A DNA stretch of 64,000 bases from the IMG/VR virus record IMGVR_UViG_3300018933_000001, positions 1 through 64,000 of that record; one strand, 5' to 3'. Origin of the DNA: a virus. Every line of letters starts with the position of its first letter. Position 1 is the stretch's first letter. Under the pieces are notes generated by a model that was not told the DNA's origin, did no database searches, and saw only the letters and a list, made by a program, of their open reading frames with translations. Positions 10,501 to 20,140 of the stretch are shown here, piece after piece. A program made the position numbers and the translations under genes.

Positions 10501-10782
10501 CTCATCATTAAGACAATCTTTCTGACCTAACATCCAGTGACAGTTCCATAACTCATCTAATTGATTCTTAACTAATAGAGCTGGAGAAGATAAGTTCTTT
10601 TCTATATCCGATATTACTGACTTATCTAACTCATCTAACTTTTTCTTATAAGGGGTAAGGAAAGAAGCGTTAAAATCAAGTAACTTACTTTCTACTCTAC
10701 TAACAAAGTCTTCAACGTATTTTGTACTTAGAGAAGAGAAAGACTTTTTATTATTAGTTTTTTTTATCAATGCACTTGTCAT
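7579..10782 (-). CDS. MuF/SPP1 gp7-like head morphogenesis protein with long extensions
   Basis: RIAETEISIAYNIG, CAHC and PPFHVSCWC (MuF PPxHxxCRC-type motif). Confidence 0.8.
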   Translation of the reverse strand: MTSALIKKTNNKKSFSSLSTKYVEDFVSRVESKLLDFNASFLTPYKKKLDELDKSVISDIEKNLSSPALLVKNQLDELWNCHWMLGQKDCLNDEKRKSSKFSKGDSLITFATNDNPAQKIVELNEEKRRLQSINKKVTREQKRLNNQLSKDTPDDEEVRDIRNILKSYSSELQQFLGQVNEKKPNSVSKQFKSIEVRIRDLQETIRVMEVRIDEVSKSLEPKEYSIDILNSSEFGTIYQNKRTLLLGKSFASDYKRGIVDSIKKYFSNESRPNTRESTLFDSLTKSTTNKNSKDEQARIRSLIRSKDKLSTKDRSAADNLKSFISNLGRSDKSVYEYMSRESSKKELSNIKRSSKGTLFEDLVNQLVSELNNKVTKYSSSIKPIIDSIKYRETHPAKKGNEYVEGAWDNKATKYRTREELESLLVDNRNLNRIKRIAETEISIAYNIGRLKKLEELGYTRVKITNEAENVVNRQRALSSFGNIPKAYRAKNSEQYMPILCAHCVGRAKEPPLDIKSLYQGKVSTKYGEMEGKYSIAPPFHVSCWCYLVGVDGEGGKKGLVPSIDDSLILSGIGLLSVAGVYLAYSKFGKNKIQVPKILEGVKEVVQSVTTNATNAVNSILDRPLVKLPLKLTEKQIRDTKEVLDVSNEAFKAIEDTTKTLLRIPLKLPTNLEPELVEVVDDIDEVVSNKPYVTLSTKKQTFNQVVEEIPEYVQNLKPVITARDEHYRLRSIMYDKSVPLETRQATYKSYITARDRYNNLITKHLNNTRNFKSTVNNVQSQISVDANRQILRNRNSLPTNVTLEDALSSVRSRNALTFTDTQLKNIRDNLALEKKGLLDKVSIESKVLDSTLDGIDTKQKATELANKYRALETSNLTTPNIRTLDKVVTNIDEVKKELNNLSTTKETIRSISTTRLSNGSNIDRTLLIDTQETYIKKVVEQQKIISQELRKLPTTDTELDNFVNLYRSEIQSKVDKSYSYSQGLWDKKQLADIKKKYEEVSNIVTIRNTYQSYLEETEEMLSKLSSFDVSIADSSIKFSQYGDDSIISKEMSEKILLLPDIRDFVLWK

Positions 10783-10870
10783 ATATTATATTAGTCACTA
10801 TAATGTATCAGTATAGTCGAATGTCATGAGACCTCGCCTACTAGAATGTATTTGATGAACAGAACAAAGA

Positions 10871-11221
10871 ATGAAGATTCCCAAAGTTACGAAAGAAAAG
10901 TTGATTGAACGAATTCAGTCACGAATTAGAGAAGAAAGTAAAACAATGCTTACCCAAGTATTGCTTAATAAGATTTTTGATGTAGTATTTGAAGTAGTAG
11001 TTAGTTATATAGAAGAAGGTAAAGAAGTTACTCTACCCCACTTAGGAGTTCTTGGAATTAAAGATGTTCCAACTACTAAACGTCGGAATATTGGATTGAA
11101 TACTTTCTTTGAAGTTCCTAGTTACTTTAGACCTAAGCTTAGATTAAATGATGCTTTACGTCATAGATGTATTAATCGTGGTCGAACATTTAAGGAACCT
11201 ACTTTTAAGACGGTAGACTAA
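10871..11221 (+). CDS. HU/IHF-like DNA-binding protein
   Basis: GKEVTLPHLGVL...RRNIGLNTFFEVPSYFRPKLRLNDALR follows the HU arm pattern. Confidence 0.8.
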   Translation: MKIPKVTKEKLIERIQSRIREESKTMLTQVLLNKIFDVVFEVVVSYIEEGKEVTLPHLGVLGIKDVPTTKRRNIGLNTFFEVPSYFRPKLRLNDALRHRCINRGRTFKEPTFKTVD

Positions 11222-11223
11222 TT

Positions 11224-12846
11224 CTAATAAAATATAGAACGTCCAGTTGACCTAACAAAATCAGAACTAGGACTTCTATTACTACCAAATATTGAACGAG
11301 AAGGAGAGGAAGTATCAGCAAAGATATTTCTTCTTTCTTTTATGTGTTCTGGGATTTCCATCATCACCTCAGTAGTATCAATAACTCTTTCATTCCTTTC
11401 CAGCCAAAGTATTCCGTAGCAGAAAGCATCCATTACATCATCATTGCGACATAGTGGAAAAGTAGTTAATTGGTCTTTAAGAGTAACTATTTTCTCGCAA
11501 GCTTCTTTAGTAGGAAAATATATCTTACCATCTCTAAAAGCAGGAATAGTAGCTTTAAGTCTAGCTTCTTTTTGGTTGCCATAATCTTTAGGTTCAAGAG
11601 CAATAAAACCAGGATATTCTTTAGATAGGGCATGAACTACAGCAGGCCCAACACTCTTATATTCTATTAACTTATGACGACAAGGGTATTTAGCTAATAA
11701 GTCTTTTAGTTCTAATAATAAATCTTCAAATCTAAGTCTCTTTTCTACTATATCTACAACATAGTATTTATTTTCATAGATGCCAAAAATTACTATCCCG
11801 GTATAGCAAGCATCATCTTCTACTGATTCAGCTAAATCTCCTGCTAGTATGTATGACTCATAAGGGGGGGCATTTTGATATTCTTTGAAGTGTTTGCTAG
11901 AGATAATACTTCCTGCTGCACCTTTAACGTTTTGCTGACACTGCCTCTCAAACTCAAATGGGGTAAACTCAATCTCCATTCGTTTGATAGCTTCTATATC
12001 TAAGAGTTCAGGAACTAATATATCCCCAACATTCTTTCTCCAATCTTTAAAACCTAATTTAGTAGAGCTAGGAGAAACACCAGTATAAAGCAAAGGTAAT
12101 ACTAATCTATCAAACCCCCCTATTTCTTCCATTAAATAACCAGAAGTATCGTTCTCTCTCAATCTCTGTTGAATAACAATTAAAGCTTTTTCTTCACTAG
12201 ACGGATTAAAACGAGAGATTAATGTTCCTCCTACAAACTTATTAGTCTTGAGAACCATTTTCTTTGAGTCTGCTTCACTAGCTTTCAATGGGTCATCTAG
12301 AATAATTACGTCTGCACCTTTACCAGTAATAGAACCACCAATTCCAATAGTATATCTTTTACCTTGATAGTTGTTATAGATTACGTTTTCAGTATCTCTT
12401 GTTAGTTCTATTGGGTCTTCTACTAAATCTTCTATAGTATTTTGAACAAGCTTGTAATAATCATCTTTAACTAATCTCCTAAACTGCTCAGAACATTCTT
12501 TAGCAATATCAAAGGTATAACTACAATAAATAAACTTAAGATGAGGTTTCTTCAACCACCAATAAGCAGGAAAATAAACTCCAGTTAGTAGAGTCTTCAT
12601 AGTACGAGGACTGATATTAATGATTAATCTCTTAATCTGTCCAGCCATTACTGCTTCTAAATGTTCGCTTAATGCTTGAGCTAACCTACTATCTCTAAAT
12701 TCTGTTGATTCTACGTGTTCAAACCCAACTTTAAGAAACTGATAGAGAGAATCAGAAACTTTTGCATATTTCTGCTGATTGAGTAGAAACTCTATTTGCT
12801 CGTCTAATGATTGAAGTTTTTTCTGTATCTTATTATTTTTAGCCAT
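11224..12846 (-). CDS. terL: Terminase large subunit (likely start ATG 12846, MAKNNKIQ)
   Basis: LIINISPRTMKT (Walker A variant), ITGKGADVIILDDP (Walker B), IVIQQRL, AGDLA, LIE and NDDVMDA nuclease motifs. Confidence 0.92.
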   Translation of the reverse strand: MAKNNKIQKKLQSLDEQIEFLLNQQKYAKVSDSLYQFLKVGFEHVESTEFRDSRLAQALSEHLEAVMAGQIKRLIINISPRTMKTLLTGVYFPAYWWLKKPHLKFIYCSYTFDIAKECSEQFRRLVKDDYYKLVQNTIEDLVEDPIELTRDTENVIYNNYQGKRYTIGIGGSITGKGADVIILDDPLKASEADSKKMVLKTNKFVGGTLISRFNPSSEEKALIVIQQRLRENDTSGYLMEEIGGFDRLVLPLLYTGVSPSSTKLGFKDWRKNVGDILVPELLDIEAIKRMEIEFTPFEFERQCQQNVKGAAGSIISSKHFKEYQNAPPYESYILAGDLAESVEDDACYTGIVIFGIYENKYYVVDIVEKRLRFEDLLLELKDLLAKYPCRHKLIEYKSVGPAVVHALSKEYPGFIALEPKDYGNQKEARLKATIPAFRDGKIYFPTKEACEKIVTLKDQLTTFPLCRNDDVMDAFCYGILWLERNERVIDTTEVMMEIPEHIKERRNIFADTSSPSRSIFGSNRSPSSDFVRSTGRSIFY

Positions 12847-13032
12847 TGTTCTGTTAAAATACTTATTAATCAATAACTTAGCACATTTCACTATGACCAA
12901 ATTAACTTCAAAACAACTAGCAGATAGAAAAAGCTTTCTTAAGTCTGCAAAACTTAGTATTAATTTCACTAACGCTTTTTTAGCAGGTCGTTGTCCAGAA
13001 CCAGAAACCCCTTATTATAAGTATGTAAAATA

Positions 13033-13254
13033 ATGATTACAAAAAAGACTGTTAACGGGAAAGAAGAAATTACCTCATGTGCTTTAGCTACTTGTTGTCT
13101 AACTGGTACATTAGAAGGAGATAATATTAAACTGACAAATGAAAAGAATGAAGTGTTAACGTGTTCCCTAGCTGAATTTGCAGAGTTAGCACAGCATTTA
13201 CATATGGAAGAGGGTATGAGGTTTTCTAGGTTAGAAGAGGGTTGGCTCCTCTAA
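13033..13254 (+). CDS. Small Cys-containing hypothetical protein
   Basis: ORF track; SCALATCC motif. Confidence 0.6.
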   Translation: MITKKTVNGKEEITSCALATCCLTGTLEGDNIKLTNEKNEVLTCSLAEFAELAQHLHMEEGMRFSRLEEGWLL

Positions 13255-13454
13255 TGAAAGCTAATAAAGAAAAAGTAATCATAGTTATTCAAAGTAGATT
13301 ACGTGAAAATGATGTAGCAGGACAAATAGCTGAATTAGGCGGGTTTGATACCTTAAAACTTCCTCTACTTTATTCAGGAAAATCCAGCAATGATAAATTA
13401 GGTTTTAAAGATTGGAAAGATGTAAAGTGGAGAACTGAAATAATTAAACCTTAA
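13254..13454 (+). CDS. 66-aa mini-protein homologous to an internal segment of TerL
   Basis: About 34 of 51 aligned residues identical to TerL EKALIVIQQRL...KLGFKDW; ATG overlaps the upstream stop. Confidence 0.75.
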   Translation: MKANKEKVIIVIQSRLRENDVAGQIAELGGFDTLKLPLLYSGKSSNDKLGFKDWKDVKWRTEIIKP

Positions 13455-13459
13455 ATATC

Positions 13460-13468
13460 TGCTATACT
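13460..13468 (+). promoter_or_regulatory. Extended -10 promoter TGCTATACT
   Basis: Matches TGnTATAAT; intergenic. Confidence 0.5.
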
Positions 13469-13489
13469 GTTGGAAGAATCTCTACTTAG

Positions 13490-15116
13490 GTGGGGATTTT
13501 ATTTTTATTAATGGGAGAAAAACAAATAACTAACAAAGAACTTTATGACTACTTTTGGAAAATCTTTTTAGATGGAAACTCTACTAAAGAACAGAAAGCA
13601 GCAATGTTTAACGCTAGACAACTCTGGCATCAGTTTGAAGATAATATTTATGAAAAATACGGTAAAGGGATAGTTGCTCCTAGTAATATTTGTGATACTT
13701 CTAATCCTTTCACAATTCATTTTACTTGGGATGATGATAATGACTTAGAAAGAAATGTTTTAGGATGTTCTATAAATGAAAACCAAGAAGTATATATTTG
13801 CTTTTGTAAAAGTATTTGGGTAAAAGAAAACTTAGATAGTTCTTGTAGAGCAGACGTTGAGAATTGGGCAGAGTATTTAATTTTACCAGATATAGAGATG
13901 CCAGAAAGATTAAGGAGAATTTTTTATCAACACTACTTAAAGAAAAACAATGGTCACTAATTATCAACTGAACAGAAGACAACGAATGAACGAATATTTA
14001 GACTCTCTTAAAGAAGAAGCTATTCGGATTAATGGAGATGAATCAGTTATTTGGTTAGCAAAAGACTTTTTAACTCTATTCATCAATAAGCTAGCTCAAC
14101 AGAACAAAGTATTAGAAGTTCCGGATTGTTGCCCTAGTGAAAGTAACGAAGGAAATTTTCATATAATGTTCATTTGGGATAAAGATGAGCATTATTTAGA
14201 GTGTGAAATATTCAATAGTGGAGTTATTGAATTCTTCTATCGTAATAGAGACAGTGGAGAAGATTGGGGTTGGGATTTAAACTATAGTGTAGTTAAACCA
14301 GGTTTTAATAATCATTCAGATGAGTTAATAGATAAGTTATCTCTATTTGTGGAGTAAGTAAATGCCAAAACTAAAAAATATAGAGCAGTATTTAGACAGA
14401 CAACAGAAAATAAGAGGTAGGAGTTACGATAAGCTTATTAACATTGCTAGAAGCTACTGGTTCGCATTTAAACTCCAAGCTAAAAATTATAACAGAAAAC
14501 TTAAAGTCCCAGAAGTATCTATTAATAACGGTCACGTAGAATTTCGATGGTGGTTAGAAGAAGATTATAAAGATGTTTCTACTGAGTTAGTAGTAGAGAT
14601 TACTGAAAAAGACTCTTACTACTATTTTGAAAATGATGAAAGAGGATTAGTTTGGGAGAAACATTACGAACCTCTCATTCCTCCTTATGGAATTCCCACT
14701 GACATTTACAATAAAGTTCTATTATTCACTGAGGAAGTATGAGTAAAGAGCAAGAGTTATTTGATGAGATAGAATCTTATCGAGAAACTGTTATTAAAGT
14801 AGATGCTAGTAAGTTAGTATCTACTACAATCAAACATTGGAAGTTTCTTAAGTATTATATTGAACTAAATTGCGGTAAAAAGCTAGCTATCCCAAAGATG
14901 TCCTTTAGTAATAACGATATTCGGTATCCAGAAATAACTTTATACTGGGGCTTGTCCTCTCATCATTTAGATTTAGAAATTGAACAAGACAGAGAAAATA
15001 TCTGGGTGTACTACCATAATGAATCTACTAAAGAAGAAATTAGTTACTGGTACAAGTTAGAAAACATATTAGAAGATAGATTAGTTGATAAGTTACTACT
15101 GTTTATTGAGGAATAA
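13490..15116 (+). CDS. Four tandem paralogous hypothetical genes (13490, 13950, 14362, 14739)
   Basis: Shared 'P....(F/Y)xW....L..EI' core; three end in (D/N)K(L/V)xLFxE; related gene at 55418. Confidence 0.7.
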
Positions 15117-15420
15117 AAACTGGAATGAGCAAATATTTAGTTGAAGTTACAGACCTAGACCCAAAAGGCTTTGGTGGATTATCTGACCCTAAAGCTTTAT
15201 TCGACAAAGACAAATTCAAAGTTAACGGTTATTCTAGTTCGCCCTACTCATCTTCTTTTACCCCACCTCCTCCAAAGAGTTCTTTTCCTTGGGAATTACT
15301 TTTACTGGCTGCTCTAATAGCTCCTATCTTTAGTCCAGATTTAAGGAAGAATATTAACTTCGATTACTCTGCTACTTCTCAATCAGAACAACTTTTACCA
15401 AATATCAAACGTTAACTACT

Positions 15421-16518
15421 ATGTCACCTTTAGGCGCTGCTCCTCACTATTATGCTTTTCTTTGTTATTACTGGGTGGATGGTAATCTAACTGAACCAAT
15501 CTGGTATCGCAATCCATTAAATAATAAACTTTTAGTATACACAGATAGAGAGACAGCCCTAAAAGTAGCAGATGAATTAAGTACGCATTCTACTCTTATA
15601 GTAGTTAATGAGTATTGGCCTGGAGAAATGGATAATTATCAAATAACAGATGATTAATATGACTTATTATTTTCTTGTAGGGTTAGGTTATGTTCGTCCT
15701 ATAGTAATTACTGAGAATTGTGGACAGATACTACTGTTTCAAAATTTATACGAAGCTGCTACTAAAGCTCAAGAAGTAAAAAACTCAGAAGGTTATAAAA
15801 CAGTTTTAATTTGTACTACTTTAGAGTTAGATTTAAACAATTCAGAAACTAAGCATTTCTATCAACTAGAAAATTAATTATGAACTACTACACTATCTTA
15901 GTTACAGATTTAGAAGGGACTTATATGTATGAAGATGGTAGAGACAATATAGTTCTCTTCCTCAGTCAAGAAAAAGCAGAAATAGAAGCTTGTAAGGTAG
16001 CTCACAATTATCTTCTAGTACAAGTAGTTCCTTATCAGTTAGATATAAACTATGTAATAAGTGATTTATGATGTACTGGATAATTCATTATACGGATGTC
16101 TTAGGTGGAGAAGAGTTAGGTTGGGATGTAATAACTGAAGAAGAAACAGATAAAATAGCTCTCTTTACCAAGAAAAAAACAGCAGAAATAGAATCTAACA
16201 AATTAAGTAACGAGTTTAGGATGACACAAGTTATACCATTAGAACTAACTTACTTGGATAAGAACTATTTCATAATAGTAGATAAATAGTTCATTAAGAA
16301 CAATGTTCAATAAAGATGGTAAGTTTGGTTTTACGTTCTGGGTGCTTCTACTAAACAACGATTACATGAGAGATAACGAAACCGGATTAGTTCTAGTTTA
16401 TAGAGTAAAAGAAACTGCTATTTGGGAACAAAGATACTACAAAGAATGTAGAGATTTAGAAGTAGAAATAGTGGAGTTTACAGATTTTAGTATCAATTAT
16501 TTAATTTGTGATTTTTGA
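15421..16518 (+). CDS. Five tandem paralogous ~70-aa genes (15421, 15650, 15880, 16068, 16303)
   Basis: Shared aromatic N-terminus, '(I/L)xx(F/Y)...E.A' helix and C-terminal 'NY.I.D'. Confidence 0.7.
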
Positions 16519-17297
16519 TTAAAGTAAATATGAATAATTTACAGATTGTTTCGGATTTACATTTAGAGTTTCTTAGTTCAGACCAAGTAAAAGAGTTAGC
16601 AGATAGAATAACTTATAGAACATCAGGAGACACTCTTATCCTTGCTGGAGATATTTGTAGTTGGAGTGAGAAGAGAATAAGCAGATTAGATACATTCTTA
16701 GATTGTGTAGCTAATACTTATGACCACATTCTTTATGTTTTAGGCAATCACGAGTATTACGGATGCTCTTACTCAGAAGTACAGAATACTAAACGCAAAC
16801 TAGAAAATGAATGGGATAACTTATCTATTTTAGATAATGACGAAATTACAATTGATGTTTTAGGGAATAGTACAACATTCTATGGAACTACTCTTTGGTT
16901 TGATGAAACAATACAAACTCAACTATTAAAATACAACTTAAACGATTATAGATGTATCCAAGACTTTAACCCAGATGCTTGGAGTAGAAAAGCTATCCAG
17001 TTTATCAAAAATATCCAGGATGATGAGAGTAAGAAAGTGTTAATTACTCATCACGTTCCACATACTAGATTTATATCTGAGAAATATGTGGGTAATGAAA
17101 TGAATTGTTTCTATTTAAATGAAGTGGGAAAATTCTTGGATAAATTCGATTTAGTTACTTTCGGACATTCTCATGAAAGCGTAGATTGTCAATTTTCAGA
17201 CAGATGTAGAGCAATATCCAATCCCAGAGGCTATATTGATTCAGGTAATGAAGGTTCAAATGATAAGTTCCAATATCAGTTAGTAGTAGAGATTTAA
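16515..17297 (+). CDS. Calcineurin-like metallophosphoesterase
   Basis: SDLH, LAGD, GNHE, THH, GHSH and NPRGY motifs. Confidence 0.92.
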   Translation: MIKVNMNNLQIVSDLHLEFLSSDQVKELADRITYRTSGDTLILAGDICSWSEKRISRLDTFLDCVANTYDHILYVLGNHEYYGCSYSEVQNTKRKLENEWDNLSILDNDEITIDVLGNSTTFYGTTLWFDETIQTQLLKYNLNDYRCIQDFNPDAWSRKAIQFIKNIQDDESKKVLITHHVPHTRFISEKYVGNEMNCFYLNEVGKFLDKFDLVTFGHSHESVDCQFSDRCRAISNPRGYIDSGNEGSNDKFQYQLVVEI

Positions 17298-18877
17298 TAA
17301 TGCACAAATATTTAGTTCAAACTATTCACGATGACCATTTCAATGCTGATATTTTAGTTACAGTATTACAAGTTCTCCAATTAATAGAATCTGAGCATGG
17401 AACGATAGTAGTAGTTAAACACGATACAGATGAAGGTTGGAGTATTGACCCATATTTCTTAAATGACGTATTAGAACTAGATTACATTTTCTCTGATGAC
17501 GAAAAATACAAAGAACATCTTTCTTGGGAGAACTAATGAAAATACTACCTATTACTAATCATTTCGTTTATCTCCCGAGCGGAGTGTCTACAACGCAAAA
17601 TACTTTATTTCCCTCAAGGCAAGACTTTCGGGTCGAGCCAGTAGACCAGAAATTAACTGGTTATATCTATGCAGCAGTTCCAGATATAGTAACATCTACC
17701 AAGATAATCTTTATCCAAAGAGATTGTCTACCTTGGTTTTCTTCTAGTAATATAATTCAGTTTTGGATTGAGAACTTCAAAGTAGAAATAATCGCTTTAG
17801 TAGCTGATTCCCCAGAGAAAGTAGAATTATTATTTGATGAATATAGCAGGTTCTATGAACAGTGGAAAGAGAAACAAGAGAAAGACTCAGTAGTTAATAA
17901 ATTAAATAGATTGTATAAAGAAGAATGAATCAAGAAACTAATAACATAATCCAAGGTCTTAACTTTCTATTTACTAAATATCCTAATGGCAGAATAGAAG
18001 GCGGAGGTGACAGTTCATCGTCGGATATAAGTTTCATTTTACCTTTTAAAAAAGAGGCAATACCTCAAGAAAATTCACTTTTAGAATCTGATGAATATGA
18101 ATATCTAGAATTGTTAGGTTGGAATGAGTATATGGTAGATTCTACAAATATCTACGGTCATTTACAAACGAATAGACTTTGGAGATTTTATATTCAAAAA
18201 GTAGAAGAAGATAATGAGGAGGAAGAGTTATGAACTCCACTAATATATCTATTCCAGACAAACATACTAAGAACTTAATCAACAGACTAAACTTCCTATT
18301 AGCTCTTTACCCTAAAGCTAAAGTACGAATGGGATTTTCTAGAGAAGAACTTCATGTTAGAGGAATGGAAGATGACTTAATACTAGAAACTAAGAAAATA
18401 CTAGAAGATTGGGATTGGAGGTTATGTTTTTATGAAGAGACTTATTATTGGGAATACGAACTAATTGGTACTATAGATGATTAATATGAACAAGATAATT
18501 AACTTTTTCAAATCTCTAACTACACTTGAATGGTTAGCTCTATTTATGATTCCTGTTAGTATAGCTTTAAACATTTCCATTATTATTTGGGTAGTGACAG
18601 TATTTTTATGATGAACATAGATTTATTTGATGGTACAAAAACTCACTATTACCCTTATAATATTTTTGAGTTTAGTGAGAAGTTAGGTAAAACATTAGAA
18701 GCAATAGGATTAGCAGATAACGGTCACATAACAATAGTCAAAGATGAAGAAGATGAAATTTATGCAATTGATGGTTGTCTTATGTTCTATGTCTCAGATA
18801 CTTTAGAAGAAGCTATAAAGATATTTAGTAGAAATAAGTTAGAAAAACTAGAAGTAATAATGGAGTTAGATTAATAA

Positions 18878-19384
18878 ATGAAAGACAAGTTAATCAATTT
18901 AGTCAAGACAACTGCTAGCAATCTAGATATCAACGATAGACTAACTATTGCTATTTACTCAATGGGATTATCTGGAGAAATAGGAGAAACAATAGAAGCT
19001 TATAACATATCTGAAGAAGAATTTAAGACAGAACTAGCAGATATAGTTTGGTACACTGTAGCTCTTAGTATTATGCTTGATAAGGAAGAGTTATTGGATG
19101 ATATTAATTTTAGTAGTAAAGAGCTTTACTATCACGGTTTATATCCTGAATCAGATATGGAAAATCTACAAGAATGTCTACTAGAAAGTCTTAAGTATCT
19201 TGAGAAAGCTAAGAAATATGTAAGAGATTATCCTAGTAGAGATATTAGTTCTTTGAATACCTTTATCGAACCACTTAAGTTAATTAGTACAGGATTTGAT
19301 TTATCAGATAGTTTTGATATCTTGAATAAAAAGTTAGGAACTAGATATCCAAATGGATTTGTCATTAAAGGGATAAGAGAATGA
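18878..19384 (+). CDS. MazG-like nucleotide pyrophosphohydrolase
   Basis: GLSGEIGE...ELADIVWY...KLGTRYPNGF. Confidence 0.85.
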   Translation: MKDKLINLVKTTASNLDINDRLTIAIYSMGLSGEIGETIEAYNISEEEFKTELADIVWYTVALSIMLDKEELLDDINFSSKELYYHGLYPESDMENLQECLLESLKYLEKAKKYVRDYPSRDISSLNTFIEPLKLISTGFDLSDSFDILNKKLGTRYPNGFVIKGIRE

Positions 19385-19565
19385 TATATTTACGGTTCAT
19401 AGTATTTCTTCTAATAACTGGTTTTCTACTATGTCTGTTCGGTTCTCTATATGAAGAGTATCTAGTTAATAAAGAGATAGATATGAGAAAGTGGTTAAGT
19501 AGATTTAGTTCTTGGTTACTTTGGTTGTTTAAGGATTTATAAATCAAACTAAAAGGATAAAAATT

Positions 19566-19771
19566 ATGCAATTTGAATATAACGGCTACATTTTAGACAT
19601 TGAAGAAGTAGAAGAAATTGACCAAGCAAATCATTATAGAGCTTCTTGTTCTGAATTAAACTATTATTCAGCAGGATTTTGGAATACTAACTTAGCTCGA
19701 CTCGAAAGTCTCACTTGAGAGAAACGGTAAAAGATAATTTTAAAAGAGAAGTAGATAGAAAGAATAAATAA
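19566..19771 (+). pseudogene. Small ORF (MQFEYNGY...) apparently interrupted by a ~30-nt GC-richer insert
   Basis: Frame stops at TGA 19716-19718 inside the insert; a plausible C-terminus KDNFKREVDRKNK* follows in another frame. Confidence 0.4.
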
Positions 19772-19789
19772 AGATAAATAGTAAGTAAA

Positions 19790-19840
19790 TAGAAAAGAGG
19801 TAGTAGAACAACATCTATCACCTCTTCTATATTTATTTTT
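19790..19840. terminator. Bidirectional terminator-like hairpin between convergent genes
   Basis: AAGAGGTAGTAGA...TCTATCACCTCTT with A/T flanks. Confidence 0.6.
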
Positions 19841-19848
19841 AGTTGTTG

Positions 19849-19998
19849 TTACTTACTTTGTCCAACTTCAGCTTCTACTAACTTCTGCCATAACATCTTA
19901 GTAGCTTTATTACGTCTTTCTTCTTGTTCTGTAGTTTCTGGATAGTTGATATCACAGGCAACTCTCTGAACAATAAACCCAATAGCTTCCTTAGTCAT
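19849..19998 (-). CDS. 49-aa hypothetical protein (MTKEAIGFIVQRVACDINYP...) not in the ORF track
   Basis: GAGGA RBS upstream; extended -10 TGTTATAAT on the minus strand at 20067-20075. Confidence 0.65.
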   Translation of the reverse strand: MTKEAIGFIVQRVACDINYPETTEQEERRNKATKMLWQKLVEAEVGQSK

Positions 19999-20080
19999 TA
20001 GTTAGTCCTCAGTTTTTTTATTTTGTGAATTGAAGAGATAAGACTTTAGTATCTCACCTCTTATCTATTATAACAGATAA

Positions 20081-20137
20081 ATTACTTTTTTAAATCTTTT
20101 AAGCTATAAGAAATATAAACTAGCAAAAAAAGTAACA
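20081..20137. repeat. Left copy of a ~57-bp imperfect inverted repeat flanking the helicase gene
   Basis: ATTACTTTTTTAAATCTTTTAAGCTATAAG...AAAAAAAGTAACA aligns with the reverse complement of 21828-21885. Confidence 0.75.
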
Positions 20138-20140
20138 ATC

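Noticed and set aside
12847-12969. N-terminal 41 aa of TerL as given in the track
   Set aside because: Non-ATG start running into the divergent promoter region; ATG 12846 is more plausible
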